From an uncultured Coriobacteriia bacterium (GTDB taxonomy: Bacteria; Actinomycetota; Coriobacteriia; Coriobacteriales; QAMH01), in NCBI GenBank assembly GCA_959608885.1, contig CAUHSG010000010.1, forward strand, positions 2,441-66,440: 64,000 bases of DNA, written 5' to 3'. The notes beneath the pieces are model-generated. The model saw nothing but the letters and a program-made list of their open reading frames with translations. It was not told the DNA's origin and did no database searches. Below, in pieces: positions 27,710-37,833 of the stretch; within the stretch, counting starts at the first letter, position 1; each line of letters opens with the position of its first letter. Both the position numbers and the translations under genes were made by a program.

Positions 27710-28264
27710 GTGTTCGGAATAAGTGGCACGGAACTGGTGATTATCCTGTTCTTCGGTTTCCTCATCTTCGGGCCGGAGAAGCTGCCCCAGATGGGGCGCA
27801 CCGTAGGACGGGCAATCAGGCAGTTCAGAAACGCCTCGGAGGCGGCGAACAAGAAATTCAAGGAAGAGGTCGCCGACCCCTTCCAGGAGGCCATTGCTCC
27901 CTACAAGGACCAGGTCGAAGAGTCGACCAAGCCCATTCAAGAAGACATCTCCGCCATCAACGACACGCTCAACGAGACGAAGAGCATGTTCACCGACCCA
28001 TTCAAGGACATGTTCGGCAGCTCAACGAGCGCTCCCGCGAGCAAGCCCGGTGCGGCGATTTCCGGTGGCGTTGCAAGCGAAGCGACCGCTCCCACGCCGG
28101 CAGCCAACGAGTCGGCATCCGATGACCCATTCGCGTCGGTTCTCGATAACGCGTCCGCCGAAAAGCCCGAGGGCAAACCCATCCCCGAAGCGGGTGGCAC
28201 CGTCAAGAAGAAGAGCATGGCGGCGAGTCTCTACGATCTCGATGACGAGAAGGGCGGTGAGTGA
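27710..28264 (+). CDS. tatA: twin-arginine translocase TatA/TatB-type subunit with long C-terminal tail
   Basis: GTG start gives (M)FGISGTELVIILFFGFLIFGPEKLPQMGR. Confidence 0.75.
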   Translation: MFGISGTELVIILFFGFLIFGPEKLPQMGRTVGRAIRQFRNASEAANKKFKEEVADPFQEAIAPYKDQVEESTKPIQEDISAINDTLNETKSMFTDPFKDMFGSSTSAPASKPGAAISGGVASEATAPTPAANESASDDPFASVLDNASAEKPEGKPIPEAGGTVKKKSMAASLYDLDDEKGGE

Positions 28265-28286
28265 CGTGCCCATCGGTCCCGCACGT

Positions 28287-29027
28287 ATGCCGCTCATGGA
28301 CCATATCGGCGAACTGCGCCGTCGCATCGTCATCATCGTCGTCGCGATCGCGGTTACGGTCTGTTTCATGTACCTGCTCGCGCCCTACCTCATCGACTTT
28401 CTCATCCTTCCCGTGAGCGACTACGTGACCGATGTTTACGTGACCGGCGCGTTCGAGGGTTTCTCTCTGAAGTTCCGCGTAGCGCTCTTCATGTCGGTTC
28501 TCGTCTGCAGCCCGCTCATCTTCTGGGAGCTACTCGCATTCTTCCTGCCCGCGCTGCGTCCCAACGAGCGCCGTTACGTGCTGCCCACGTTCTTCGTGGC
28601 CGTCGCGCTCTACGTGCTGGGCATGGTGTTCTGCTATTGCTTCTGCCTCAACCCCGCGTTCCAGTTCCTCACGACCGAGAGCATGTCCATCGGCCAGATT
28701 CTTCCGCAGGCAACCGACTACCTGCACTACATCATCCTGTTCGAGCTAGCTTTCGGCCTGGCCTTCGAGCTGCCTCTCGTGGTGTTCTTCCTCATCTTGT
28801 TCAACATCGTTCCCTATAAGAAGATGCGCGCCAGCTGGCGTGGCATTTACGTGGGGCTGCTCGTGCTCGCCGCTGTCGTGACACCGGATGCGTCGCCTGT
28901 GACGATGGGCATCATGTTCGCCGCGCTGCTCGCACTCTACGAGGTATCGCTCGCGGCTGCACGCATCGCGCTCGCGCGCAAGATCAAGCGCCAGCGCGAG
29001 GAAGAGGAAGCGGAGATGGCCGCATAA
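28287..29027 (+). CDS. tatC: twin-arginine translocase subunit TatC
   Basis: MPLMDHIGELRRRIV start and six predicted TM segments. The stop overlaps the hypA ATG (TAATG). Confidence 0.85.
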   Translation: MPLMDHIGELRRRIVIIVVAIAVTVCFMYLLAPYLIDFLILPVSDYVTDVYVTGAFEGFSLKFRVALFMSVLVCSPLIFWELLAFFLPALRPNERRYVLPTFFVAVALYVLGMVFCYCFCLNPAFQFLTTESMSIGQILPQATDYLHYIILFELAFGLAFELPLVVFFLILFNIVPYKKMRASWRGIYVGLLVLAAVVTPDASPVTMGIMFAALLALYEVSLAAARIALARKIKRQREEEEAEMAA

Positions 29028-29398
29028 TGCACGAGTTATCGCTGGTACAGGGCATCTTCGACTCGGTCGTTCCCGTTGCGCGGCAAAACGGCGCGACCAA
29101 GATCACGGGCATCAGGCTCACCATCGGCGAGATGACGATGGTCGTACCCGAGGCAATGGAGTTTGCGTTCGAGGCGCTTTCCGAGGATGATCCGCTGCTT
29201 GCTGGCTGCGTGCTCGAGATGGACTTCGTGGCGCCGAAATCGCGCTGCCTGGACTGCGGCAACGAGTTCGAGCATGATCGCTTCCATAGCCACTGCCCCG
29301 CGTGTGATTCGGCTGCGACCGTCCTGATTGCGGGACGCGAGCTCGACATCGCTTCCATGGAGATCGAAACGCCCGATGACGAGGATGAGCCTGCGTAG
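29027..29398 (+). CDS. hypA: hydrogenase nickel-insertion protein HypA
   Basis: MHELSLVQGI start and CLDCG..CPACDS zinc site. Confidence 0.9.
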   Translation: MHELSLVQGIFDSVVPVARQNGATKITGIRLTIGEMTMVVPEAMEFAFEALSEDDPLLAGCVLEMDFVAPKSRCLDCGNEFEHDRFHSHCPACDSAATVLIAGRELDIASMEIETPDDEDEPA

Positions 29399-29460
29399 GG
29401 CTCAACGTATGGTGCGCCATGGGGCCGATTCCCTCTGGCGCATCGAGAGAGAAGGACGAC

Positions 29461-30111
29461 ATGGCTCACATCGACCTGGAAACCAAGATTCTGAACAAGA
29501 ATGACGAAGGCGCTGCGGCAAATCGCGCCCTGCTCGACGAGAAGGGCATCTACATGGTCAACGTGCTGGCGAGCCCCGGGTCGGGCAAGACCTCGACCAT
29601 CGTGGCGACCATCAATGCGCTGCGCGACAAATACAACATTGCCGTCATCGAGGGCGATATCGCGAGCGACGTCGATTCGCAGACCATCAAGGCCCTGGGT
29701 ATTCCCGCGGTGCAGATCAACACTGCCGGTGCCTGTCATCTCGAGAGCGACATGCTGCGTCGCGCCCTTGACGTGCTCGACTTGGACGACATCGACCTCA
29801 TCTTCATCGAAAACGTGGGGAACCTCGTATGCCCGGCGGACTTCTACCTGGGCGAGAATATCAAGATGATGATCCTGTCGGTGCCCGAAGGCGATGACAA
29901 GCCACTCAAGTACCCCGGCATGTTCCAGGTGGCCGATGCCATCATCCTCAACAAGGTCGACGTGATGCCGGCCTTCACCTTTGACAAGGCGCTTTTCGAC
30001 GAGCACATCGAGCGCCTCAACCCTGGCGCGCCGAGCTTTGCCATCGCCGCAACCAAGGGTGACGGCGTTGACGAGTGGGCCGACTGGCACTCTGCCCAGA
30101 TCCACAAATGA
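29461..30111 (+). CDS. hypB: hydrogenase nickel-incorporation GTPase HypB
   Basis: ASPGSGKTS P-loop, IEGDIAS and IENVGNLVCP motifs. ATG 29461 follows GAGAGAGAAGGA. Confidence 0.9.
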   Translation: MAHIDLETKILNKNDEGAAANRALLDEKGIYMVNVLASPGSGKTSTIVATINALRDKYNIAVIEGDIASDVDSQTIKALGIPAVQINTAGACHLESDMLRRALDVLDLDDIDLIFIENVGNLVCPADFYLGENIKMMILSVPEGDDKPLKYPGMFQVADAIILNKVDVMPAFTFDKALFDEHIERLNPGAPSFAIAATKGDGVDEWADWHSAQIHK

Positions 30112-30198
30112 GACAAAGGCCGCCGGGGCGCTTTTGTCTGGTTGTGGGACCGGCGTCTCGAAACCAGACAAAAGCGCCCCGGCGGCATTTGTCTGGTT
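30109..30198. repeat. REP doublet (REPIN-like; B copy 30109-30143, A copy 30162-30198)
   Basis: TGAGACAAAGGCCGCCGGGGCGCTTTTGTCTGGTT, an 18-nt spacer, then AACCAGACAAAAGCGCCCCGGCGGCATTTGTCTGGTT. It lies between convergent hypB and ahcY. Confidence 0.9.
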
Positions 30199-30218
30199 TC
30201 CCCTTATTGCGGCCCGGC

Positions 30219-31478
<1,260 letters not shown>

Positions 31479-31541
31479 GGGTTCCTCCTCGATGAAATGA
31501 CACGCTGCACATACTATCACGGGTGGAGATACCAGCAGCAA

Positions 31542-31577
31542 ATAAGACAAAGTTGCCCCGGCGATATTTGTCTGGTT
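31542..31577. repeat. REP-like palindromic element type 1 (orientation A)
   Basis: ATAAGACAAAGTTGCCCCGGCGATATTTGTCTGGTT. Confidence 0.85.
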
Positions 31578-31602
31578 TGTTAGAATATGCTAACATTTGG
31601 GT

Positions 31603-31863
31603 ATGAACATAGCGAGTTGGATCATACTCATCATCGTTGCCGTATGGATTGGCGTCGCCATCAAGGTCGCCTTCTTCGGCGGCTTTGGCAAGAAGGGGCG
31701 CTCATGCCACGGCGCACGCCACGATGCCAGCCTGCCGAGCGACGAAGACCTCAGGCTTCCGAGCGCCTGTATTGGTTGCAACAAGGGAAGCTGCGCGGAC
31801 TGTGCAAGCGCATCCGGCAAACGCGACATCCCCACACCCACCGTCCGCGAATCGCGAGGATAA
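31603..31863 (+). CDS. small membrane protein with Cys-rich tail (possibly FeoB-associated Cys-rich type)
   Basis: MNIASWIILIIVAVWIGVAIKVAFF TM segment, then KKGRSCHG..CIGCNKGSCADC. An extended -10 (TGTTAGAAT) sits at 31578-31586. It lies in the feo/dtxR neighbourhood. Confidence 0.4.
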   Translation: MNIASWIILIIVAVWIGVAIKVAFFGGFGKKGRSCHGARHDASLPSDEDLRLPSACIGCNKGSCADCASASGKRDIPTPTVRESRG

Positions 31864-31938
31864 ATGTGGGGCAGGGACACTATGCTGCGTCCCCGGTGTT
31901 CCCGTCTTTGCCTCATTACCGAATGGTCCCTTTCGGTA

Positions 31939-31969
31939 ATGAGGCAAATGACCTGTCCATTTGTCTCAT
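31939..31969. repeat. type-2 hairpin repeat (inner loop is the reverse complement of the comF copies)
   Basis: ATGAGGCAAATGACCTGTCCATTTGTCTCAT. Confidence 0.8.
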
Positions 31970-32086
31970 GTCTCGCGCATGATTGCATCGTCTGCATTAT
32001 CCACAAATCAAGATAAAGAGGCGCATGTTTATTCGCACGTAGTATAATGAGCTCACTTTCATTCCCCAAAGCGAGCGGAGCTGCGC

Positions 32087-32506
32087 GTGGCAATCGGCGA
32101 TCTTACCCCCTCATACGAGGACTACATCGAGGCCATCTACGACCTCGCCCTGCACGGCGATGGGTCGGTGCGCTCTACCGACGTGGCCGATGCCCTCGGC
32201 TTTTCGAAGGCGAGCGTCGCCCGTGCAACCAAGAATCTGCGCGAGATGGGCTACATCGAACAGGAGCGCTACGGGGAAATCACGCTTACGCCTGCAGGCA
32301 AGGAATACGGCGAGCACATCCTCATGCGCCATCGCGTGCTGCGCGCCTTCCTCATCGATGCCCTCGGCGTGGACGAAGAAGCGGCCAATCGCGAGGCGTG
32401 CATGATGGAACACGCCATCAGCGAGGACACGATGGATAAGTGGATCGCCTGGTACGAGGAAAACTACGGCCCTGTCTCCGAGACGCCCGCAAGCACAAGA
32501 ATGTAG
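32087..32506 (+). CDS. DtxR/IdeR/MntR-family metal-dependent transcriptional repressor
   Basis: YEDYIEAIYDL..VRSTDVADALGFSKASVARATKNLREMGYI..LTPAGKEYGEHILMRHRVLRAFL. GTG start. TATAAT at 32043-32048. Confidence 0.85.
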   Translation: MAIGDLTPSYEDYIEAIYDLALHGDGSVRSTDVADALGFSKASVARATKNLREMGYIEQERYGEITLTPAGKEYGEHILMRHRVLRAFLIDALGVDEEAANREACMMEHAISEDTMDKWIAWYEENYGPVSETPASTRM

Positions 32507-32524
32507 ACTCCCAAACGCAGGAAA

Positions 32525-32540
32525 CGCCCCGTGAGGGGCG
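32525..32540 (+). terminator. short GC hairpin after the dtxR-like gene
   Basis: CGCCCC-GTGA-GGGGCG with no clear U-tract. Confidence 0.35.
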
Positions 32541-32574
32541 CTTCCCGGAGAGAGGGAGGGCATGTTTGAGATGG

Positions 32575-32611
32575 AACCAGACAAAAGTCGCCGGGGCAGT
32601 TTTGTCTGGTT
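32575..32611. repeat. REP-like palindromic element type 1 (orientation B)
   Basis: AACCAGACAAAAGTCGCCGGGGCAGTTTTGTCTGGTT abuts the feoB stop. Confidence 0.9.
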
Positions 32612-35301
32612 TACGTGGCTACCTTTACGGCCGTGTCCACATGGGCGGGCGCGGCGGGCTTGCTGGCCGGGCGGAAGAGCGCCCATAGCAGCGCCGCGAC
32701 AAACACGATGGCAACGATGGTTCCCAGACTGAAGACACCGGTGACGACCCATGCGCCAACCTGGAAGATGATGAGCGAAATCACGTAGGCAAATCCGCAC
32801 TCCCAGCCGATGGCAGCCCAGAACCACTTGTTGAAGCCACCCATCTCGCGCTTGATGGCGCCCATGGCCGCGAAGCACGGCGCGCAGAGCAGCTGGAAGG
32901 TCATGAAGGCGAAGGCCGCGACCGGCACGAGCAGGGCAGAACCAGTCGTCGCCGCGAGCGACGCCATGTAGGCACTGGTCCACGCGACGTTGGGATCGCC
33001 ACCGTACACCACGGCCATGGTCGAGATGACGTTCTCCTTTGCGATGAGACCGGTGATGACGGTGGACGCGCATTCCCAGTTGTTGAAGCCGAGCGGCGCG
33101 AATATCCACGCGAAGGCATTGCCGAAGTAGGCGAGGAACGAGTAATCCATCAGATCCTCGCCGACCCACATGAACTGGCCCTCGTAGATACCGTAACCTG
33201 ACAGGAACCAGACCACGATGGTGGCGAGCAGGATGATGGTGCCCGCCTTCTTGATGAAGGCCCAGGCGCGATCCCACATACTGCGCAACAGGTCGACGAA
33301 GCGCGGCAGGCGGTATTCAGGCAGCTCCATGACATAGGGGGTGACCTTGCCCATGAAGGGCCTGGTCTTGCGCAGGATGATGCCCGAGATAATGATGGCG
33401 GCGATGCCCATGAAGTACGCCAGCGGGGCGACCCACCACACGCCACCGAAAATGGCTGTCGCGATGAGGGCGATAATCGGTAGCTTGGCCGAGCACGGCA
33501 TGAAGGTCGTGGTCATGACCGTAAGGCGACGGGCACTCTCGGACTCGATGGTACGCGAGGCCATGATACCCGGCACACCGCAACCGGTGCCGACGATCAT
33601 GGGCACGAAGGTCTTGCCCGACAGGCCGAAGCGGCGGAAGAGGCGGTCGAGGATGAAGGTGACGCGGGCCATGTAGCCGCAGGCTTCGAGAATCGCCAGC
33701 AGGAAGAACAGGATCATGATCTGCGGCACGAAGCCGAGCACGGCCCCCACGCCGGCGACGACGCCGTCCATGATTAGGTCGTAGAGCCAGCCGGCGCATC
33801 CGACGGCCTCGAGCGCTGTGCCGATGAGAACGGGGATGCCGGGAATCCAGATGCCGTAGGCGCTCGGATCCTCGGGCGCGGGCACGCCGACGCCCTGGGT
33901 GATGACCTCACTGGTCTCCTCATCGGCGGATTCGCTGTCAAAGCTGTAGACGACGGCCTCGGCCGATCCCTCGCGACCCTCGGCGGCGATTTGCTCGTTA
34001 CGCGCATCGGCGAGGGCCTGCGCCTGTGCCTCACCCGCTTCGCCGTAGTACACGAAGTAGTCGGTCTCCATGGCGGATTCCTCGTCAACCGAGGTGTATT
34101 CGGCCACGAAGCCGGAGCTGGCAGCGTCTTGCTCGAACTCGGCAAGGGCAGCCCGGAATTCCGGAGACTCGAGGTCAGCGCCCTCTTCGGCTTCCTCACC
34201 GATGAACGCCGCTATCGTATCAGTGTTGACGCCCGCCTCGCCGGCTTGCGTCAGGTACTCGCTGATGGCAGTTTGCGCCTCGTCATAAGGCTCGGTCGCG
34301 GCATCAAGGGCAGATTGTGCTGTGCCCTCGGTTGACACGATTGCCACCGGGTCGAGGTACCACCCGTCACCGAAGACGCCGTCGTTGGCCCAGTCGGTCG
34401 CGTAGGTACCGACGGTGCTGATGGAGATGTAGTAGATGAACGTGATGATCACGACGAAAATCGGCAGCGCGAGGATGCGGTTGGTGAGCACGCTGTCGAC
34501 CTTCTCGGAGATGGTCGCACCGGAAACAGCGCGCTTGTGGACGCGCTTGATGAAGCCCTCGATATAGCGATAGCGCTCATTGGTGATGATGGCATCCGAC
34601 GAGTCGTCGAAGAGCACCTCGGCCTCAAGGATGATGTCATCGCAGTTGACCTTCGTGCCGATTTCCTCGACAGCTTCCTTGTCGCGCTCGAAGAGCTTGA
34701 TGGCGTAGTAGCGGCGCATGTTGTTGGGCATGACGCTGGGAAGCTTGTTCTCGATCTTGGTGAGGGCGGCTTCGAGCTCGGGAGTGAAACGGACGGACTG
34801 CGGGACAACGCCCTCGCGCGCCGCCTTCACGGCAGTGGTGACCAGGTCTTCGAGACCGTCGCCCTTGAGTGCCGAAATCTCGACGACCGGCACCTGAAGC
34901 TGCTCGGAGAGCTCCTTGGACTTGATGGTATAGCCGCGCTTCTTCACGATATCCATCTGGTTGAGCGCGACCACCACGGGCACGCCGAATTCCATGAGCT
35001 GCGTGGTCAGGTAGAGATTACGCTCGAGGTTGGACGCATCGACGATGTCGATGATGACGTCGGGGCGGCCGTCGACCAGATAATTGCGCGAGATGACCTC
35101 CTCGCTCGAGTACGGGGATAGCGAGTAGATGCCCGGCAGGTCGACGAACTGGACGTTCTTGTCGCTCTTGAGATGGCCGGTCTTTCGTTCCACCGTCACG
35201 CCGGGCCAGTTGCCCACGTATTGATGGTTGCCGGTAAGTTGGTTGAACAGCGTCGTCTTACCTGAGTTGGGGTTGCCCACCAGCGCAATGGTCGTTTCCA
35301 T
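32611..35301 (-). CDS. feoB: ferrous iron transporter FeoB with a large acidic insertion
   Basis: G-domain GNPNSGKTTLFN and DLPGIYSL, followed by the polytopic membrane domain. An about 180-aa D/E/A-rich insert (GDGWYLDP..PEDPSAYGIW) follows the first TM region. Confidence 0.95.
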   Translation of the reverse strand: METTIALVGNPNSGKTTLFNQLTGNHQYVGNWPGVTVERKTGHLKSDKNVQFVDLPGIYSLSPYSSEEVISRNYLVDGRPDVIIDIVDASNLERNLYLTTQLMEFGVPVVVALNQMDIVKKRGYTIKSKELSEQLQVPVVEISALKGDGLEDLVTTAVKAAREGVVPQSVRFTPELEAALTKIENKLPSVMPNNMRRYYAIKLFERDKEAVEEIGTKVNCDDIILEAEVLFDDSSDAIITNERYRYIEGFIKRVHKRAVSGATISEKVDSVLTNRILALPIFVVIITFIYYISISTVGTYATDWANDGVFGDGWYLDPVAIVSTEGTAQSALDAATEPYDEAQTAISEYLTQAGEAGVNTDTIAAFIGEEAEEGADLESPEFRAALAEFEQDAASSGFVAEYTSVDEESAMETDYFVYYGEAGEAQAQALADARNEQIAAEGREGSAEAVVYSFDSESADEETSEVITQGVGVPAPEDPSAYGIWIPGIPVLIGTALEAVGCAGWLYDLIMDGVVAGVGAVLGFVPQIMILFFLLAILEACGYMARVTFILDRLFRRFGLSGKTFVPMIVGTGCGVPGIMASRTIESESARRLTVMTTTFMPCSAKLPIIALIATAIFGGVWWVAPLAYFMGIAAIIISGIILRKTRPFMGKVTPYVMELPEYRLPRFVDLLRSMWDRAWAFIKKAGTIILLATIVVWFLSGYGIYEGQFMWVGEDLMDYSFLAYFGNAFAWIFAPLGFNNWECASTVITGLIAKENVISTMAVVYGGDPNVAWTSAYMASLAATTGSALLVPVAAFAFMTFQLLCAPCFAAMGAIKREMGGFNKWFWAAIGWECGFAYVISLIIFQVGAWVVTGVFSLGTIVAIVFVAALLWALFRPASKPAAPAHVDTAVKVAT

Positions 35302-35337
35302 GTCGTGCTTTCTTCCTCTCCGCGCCTTTGATTCCGA

Positions 35338-35368
35338 ATGAGACAGATGCTCTGAGCAGCTGTCTCAT
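35338..35368. repeat. type-2 hairpin repeat between feoA and feoB
   Basis: ATGAGACAGATGCTCTGAGCAGCTGTCTCAT. Confidence 0.8.
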
Positions 35369-35446
35369 TTGTTAGCAACAACTAACAGCAGTGCAAAAAG
35401 ATGGCCTGGCATAAGGGGGTAGCCAGCCCATCGTCTTACCGAGTGG

Positions 35447-35671
35447 TTAGACCGCCTGGACCTCGATCTTTTCGAGGTCGGACTTGCGTAGCGACAGGTG
35501 ATAGCCGCGCACGGTCAAGTCGACGGGATCTCCCAACGGGGCGACCTTATCCACCCTGATTTGCGCGCCCTTGGTAATGCCCATGTCCATGATGCGACGA
35601 CGGGTGGCGCCCTCGTCGCGCAAACGCACAACCGTACACGTTGACCCGGGCTCGATATCAGACAGCGTCAT
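35447..35671 (-). CDS. feoA: FeoA family protein
   Basis: MTLSDIEPGSTCTVVRL..RRRIMDMGITKGAQI..(SH3-like FeoA). ATG 35671 lies 7 nt after GGAGG. Confidence 0.85.
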   Translation of the reverse strand: MTLSDIEPGSTCTVVRLRDEGATRRRIMDMGITKGAQIRVDKVAPLGDPVDLTVRGYHLSLRKSDLEKIEVQAV

Positions 35672-35682
35672 AACAACCTCCA

Positions 35683-35726
35683 TAGTTAGCAAATGTTAAC
35701 TATATATTAGACTTAGCTAACTTATT
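35683..35726. promoter_or_regulatory. palindromic operator-like sites upstream of feoA
   Basis: TAGTTAGCAAATGTTAACTA has inverted arms TAGTTA/TAACTA. TTAGACTTAGCTAACTTATT contains the perfect palindrome TTAGCTAA and resembles the TTAGG..CCTAA-type DtxR/IdeR box. Confidence 0.35.
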
Positions 35727-35844
35727 GTCAATGCACATTTTGGGATTATTTTGCGGAGTGGGACAGACGGCCTATCCATTTGCTCCGCTTTGTCCCCCCC
35801 TGTCCCGGCCCATTAATCCGCATGTGGCCGAACACATGCACGAT

Positions 35845-36054
35845 TTACACGGCGACTTCGAGAACAACCTCATTCTCGCCGCTGTCGAGACAAGCAAGGC
35901 CGATTATTTCGGCACTGACGGCGATGAAGGAACCGGCAGCCTGGGCGCACTGCGCGAGTTCGCGGAAAGTAATCTCGTCACGCTCGTTTGCGAACGCGAC
36001 CTTGTCCGGCATCTCGCAGACCTTAGCCTCGAGCCATTCGAGTACGTTAGTCAT
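35845..36054 (-). pseudogene. possible remnant of an AMP-dependent ligase N-terminus
   Basis: The 69-aa ORF MTNVLEWLEAKVCEMPDKVAFANERDEITFRELAQCAQAAGSFI resembles the first ~45 aa of adenylate-forming enzymes and then ends. REP 36081-36114 lies immediately upstream. Confidence 0.3.
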
Positions 36055-36080
36055 GCCAGCTCTCCCCTGGCCGCCGCGGG

Positions 36081-36114
36081 ACCAGACAATTCCGCCCCGG
36101 CGGCTTTTGTCTGG
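36081..36114. repeat. REP-like palindromic element type 1 (orientation A)
   Basis: ACCAGACAATTCCGCCCCGGCGGCTTTTGTCTGG. Confidence 0.85.
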
Positions 36115-36144
36115 CCGCTGTTTCGTTGCGCGACGGCATCTGTC

Positions 36145-37701
36145 TTATTCGGTGACGCGCTTGCCAGCGGTCTTGCGCAGGACGAAGAGCGCGGCAACCA
36201 CCAGCACGATGCCGATGATCAGGCAAATAACCCAGTTCTGCACGAAACCGGCGATGACGAAGCACACGAACGAGATGACCGCGACTGTGAGCACGTAGGG
36301 CAGCTGCGTCTGCACGTGCACGATGTGGTTCACGTTCGCGCCGGCAGACGCCATGATCGTCGTGTCCGAGATGGGCGAGCAGTGATCGCCGCAAACGGCA
36401 CCAGCCAGACACGCCGAAATGCCAATCGTGAGCAGCTCGGGCTGGGACGCGAAGATTGGGATGACGATTGGAATGAGAATGCCGAAGGTGCCCCAACTCG
36501 TACCCGTCGCAAACGCCAGGCCCAGCGCGACGAGGAAGATGATCGCCGGCAGCATGCTATACAGGCCGGCAGCGGCACCTTCCATGAGACCGGCAACGAA
36601 GACGTCGGCGCCAAGCGCGCTCGTCGCGAGCTTGAGCGTGAGCGCGAAGGTAAGGATGAGCAGTGCCGGAACCATCGCCCTGAAACCGTCGACGATGCAG
36701 ACGGCCGCATCGCCGAAGCTGATGACGCGACGGCACAGCAGGTAGACGAAGGTAAAGACAAGCGCGATGATCGAACCCCATGGCAAGCCAACCGACGCAT
36801 CGGTATTGCCAAACGCCAGGGCAAGGTCGCCGTAACCCTCGGCTTCCGGATCCCAGAACCCGCCAACGAACATCATGCCGATGACGCAGCAGATGATGAG
36901 GATGACGATGGGGATGAGCATGTCAATGAGCTTGGCGCGCGGGTTATCGAGCTTCTCCTCGTTACCCAACGAGCCGAGCATGCCATCGCGATACGCCTCG
37001 AGCTCGGCGCGAGCCATGGGGCCGTAATCGAAGCCCATGACCACGATGACGATGATGAACACAATCGTGAGCAGCGAGTAGAAGTTGTAGGGAATCGCCT
37101 GGATGAAGAGCTGGATGCCCGTGACGCCGGAGTCCAGGTCGGCCGCCGTGGCCGAGACAGCCGCAGCCCACGACGAGATGGGGGCGATCATGCAGATGGG
37201 CGCCGCCGTCGCATCGATGATGTAGGACAGCTTGGCACGCGAAATCTTCTGCTCGTCGGTCACGGGACGCATGACCGCGCCAACCGTGAGACAGTTGAAG
37301 TAGTCGTCGATGAAGATGAGCACGCCAAGGGCGAAGGTGGCGAGCTGCGCGCCGACGCGCGTCTTGATGTGCTTGGCCGCCCAGGCGCCGAAAGCCGCCG
37401 AGCCGCCCGCTTTGTTGACGAGCGCAACCATGATGCCGAGCATCACGAGGAAGACGAAGATACCCGCGTTCCACGGGTCACTTATGGCGTTGAGGAAGCC
37501 GACCGCCATGGCGTCCTCCCCTTCGCCGATCTCGCCGACGATGATGTAGTTGATAGTGTTAATCGGGTCGAAGCCCGCAAGCAACAACGCGCCCACGACA
37601 ATGCCGACGAACAGCGACGTATAGGTTTCCTTGGTAATGAGCGCCAGCACGATGGCGACGATGGGCGGCACGAGCGCCCAGAAGGTTCCGACAAACTCCA
37701 T
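36145..37701 (-). CDS. Na+/H+ antiporter NhaC-family membrane transporter
   Basis: I chose start MEFVGTFWALVPPIVAIVLALITKE. Polytopic, with DDYFNCLTVGAVMRPV and GDHCSPISDTTI motifs. Confidence 0.8.
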   Translation of the reverse strand: MEFVGTFWALVPPIVAIVLALITKETYTSLFVGIVVGALLLAGFDPINTINYIIVGEIGEGEDAMAVGFLNAISDPWNAGIFVFLVMLGIMVALVNKAGGSAAFGAWAAKHIKTRVGAQLATFALGVLIFIDDYFNCLTVGAVMRPVTDEQKISRAKLSYIIDATAAPICMIAPISSWAAAVSATAADLDSGVTGIQLFIQAIPYNFYSLLTIVFIIVIVVMGFDYGPMARAELEAYRDGMLGSLGNEEKLDNPRAKLIDMLIPIVILIICCVIGMMFVGGFWDPEAEGYGDLALAFGNTDASVGLPWGSIIALVFTFVYLLCRRVISFGDAAVCIVDGFRAMVPALLILTFALTLKLATSALGADVFVAGLMEGAAAGLYSMLPAIIFLVALGLAFATGTSWGTFGILIPIVIPIFASQPELLTIGISACLAGAVCGDHCSPISDTTIMASAGANVNHIVHVQTQLPYVLTVAVISFVCFVIAGFVQNWVICLIIGIVLVVAALFVLRKTAGKRVTE

Positions 37702-37833
37702 GATCTCCCCAATGCATGTCAACGTGACAATCGCGCATATTATAGGCATCTTTGCGCGAAATTCGCGGCGCAAAGCCCATGATAGAATTGAGAGGCAGTA
37801 TACGAACCGCCGATTAACCTCGGGAGAGATGCC

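Noticed and set aside
29419-29460. Upstream start for hypB (track ORF begins at 29419).
   Set aside because: ATG 29461 gives the family-typical N-terminus and is preceded by a purine-rich RBS. The upstream codons overlap the hypA-hypB spacer.
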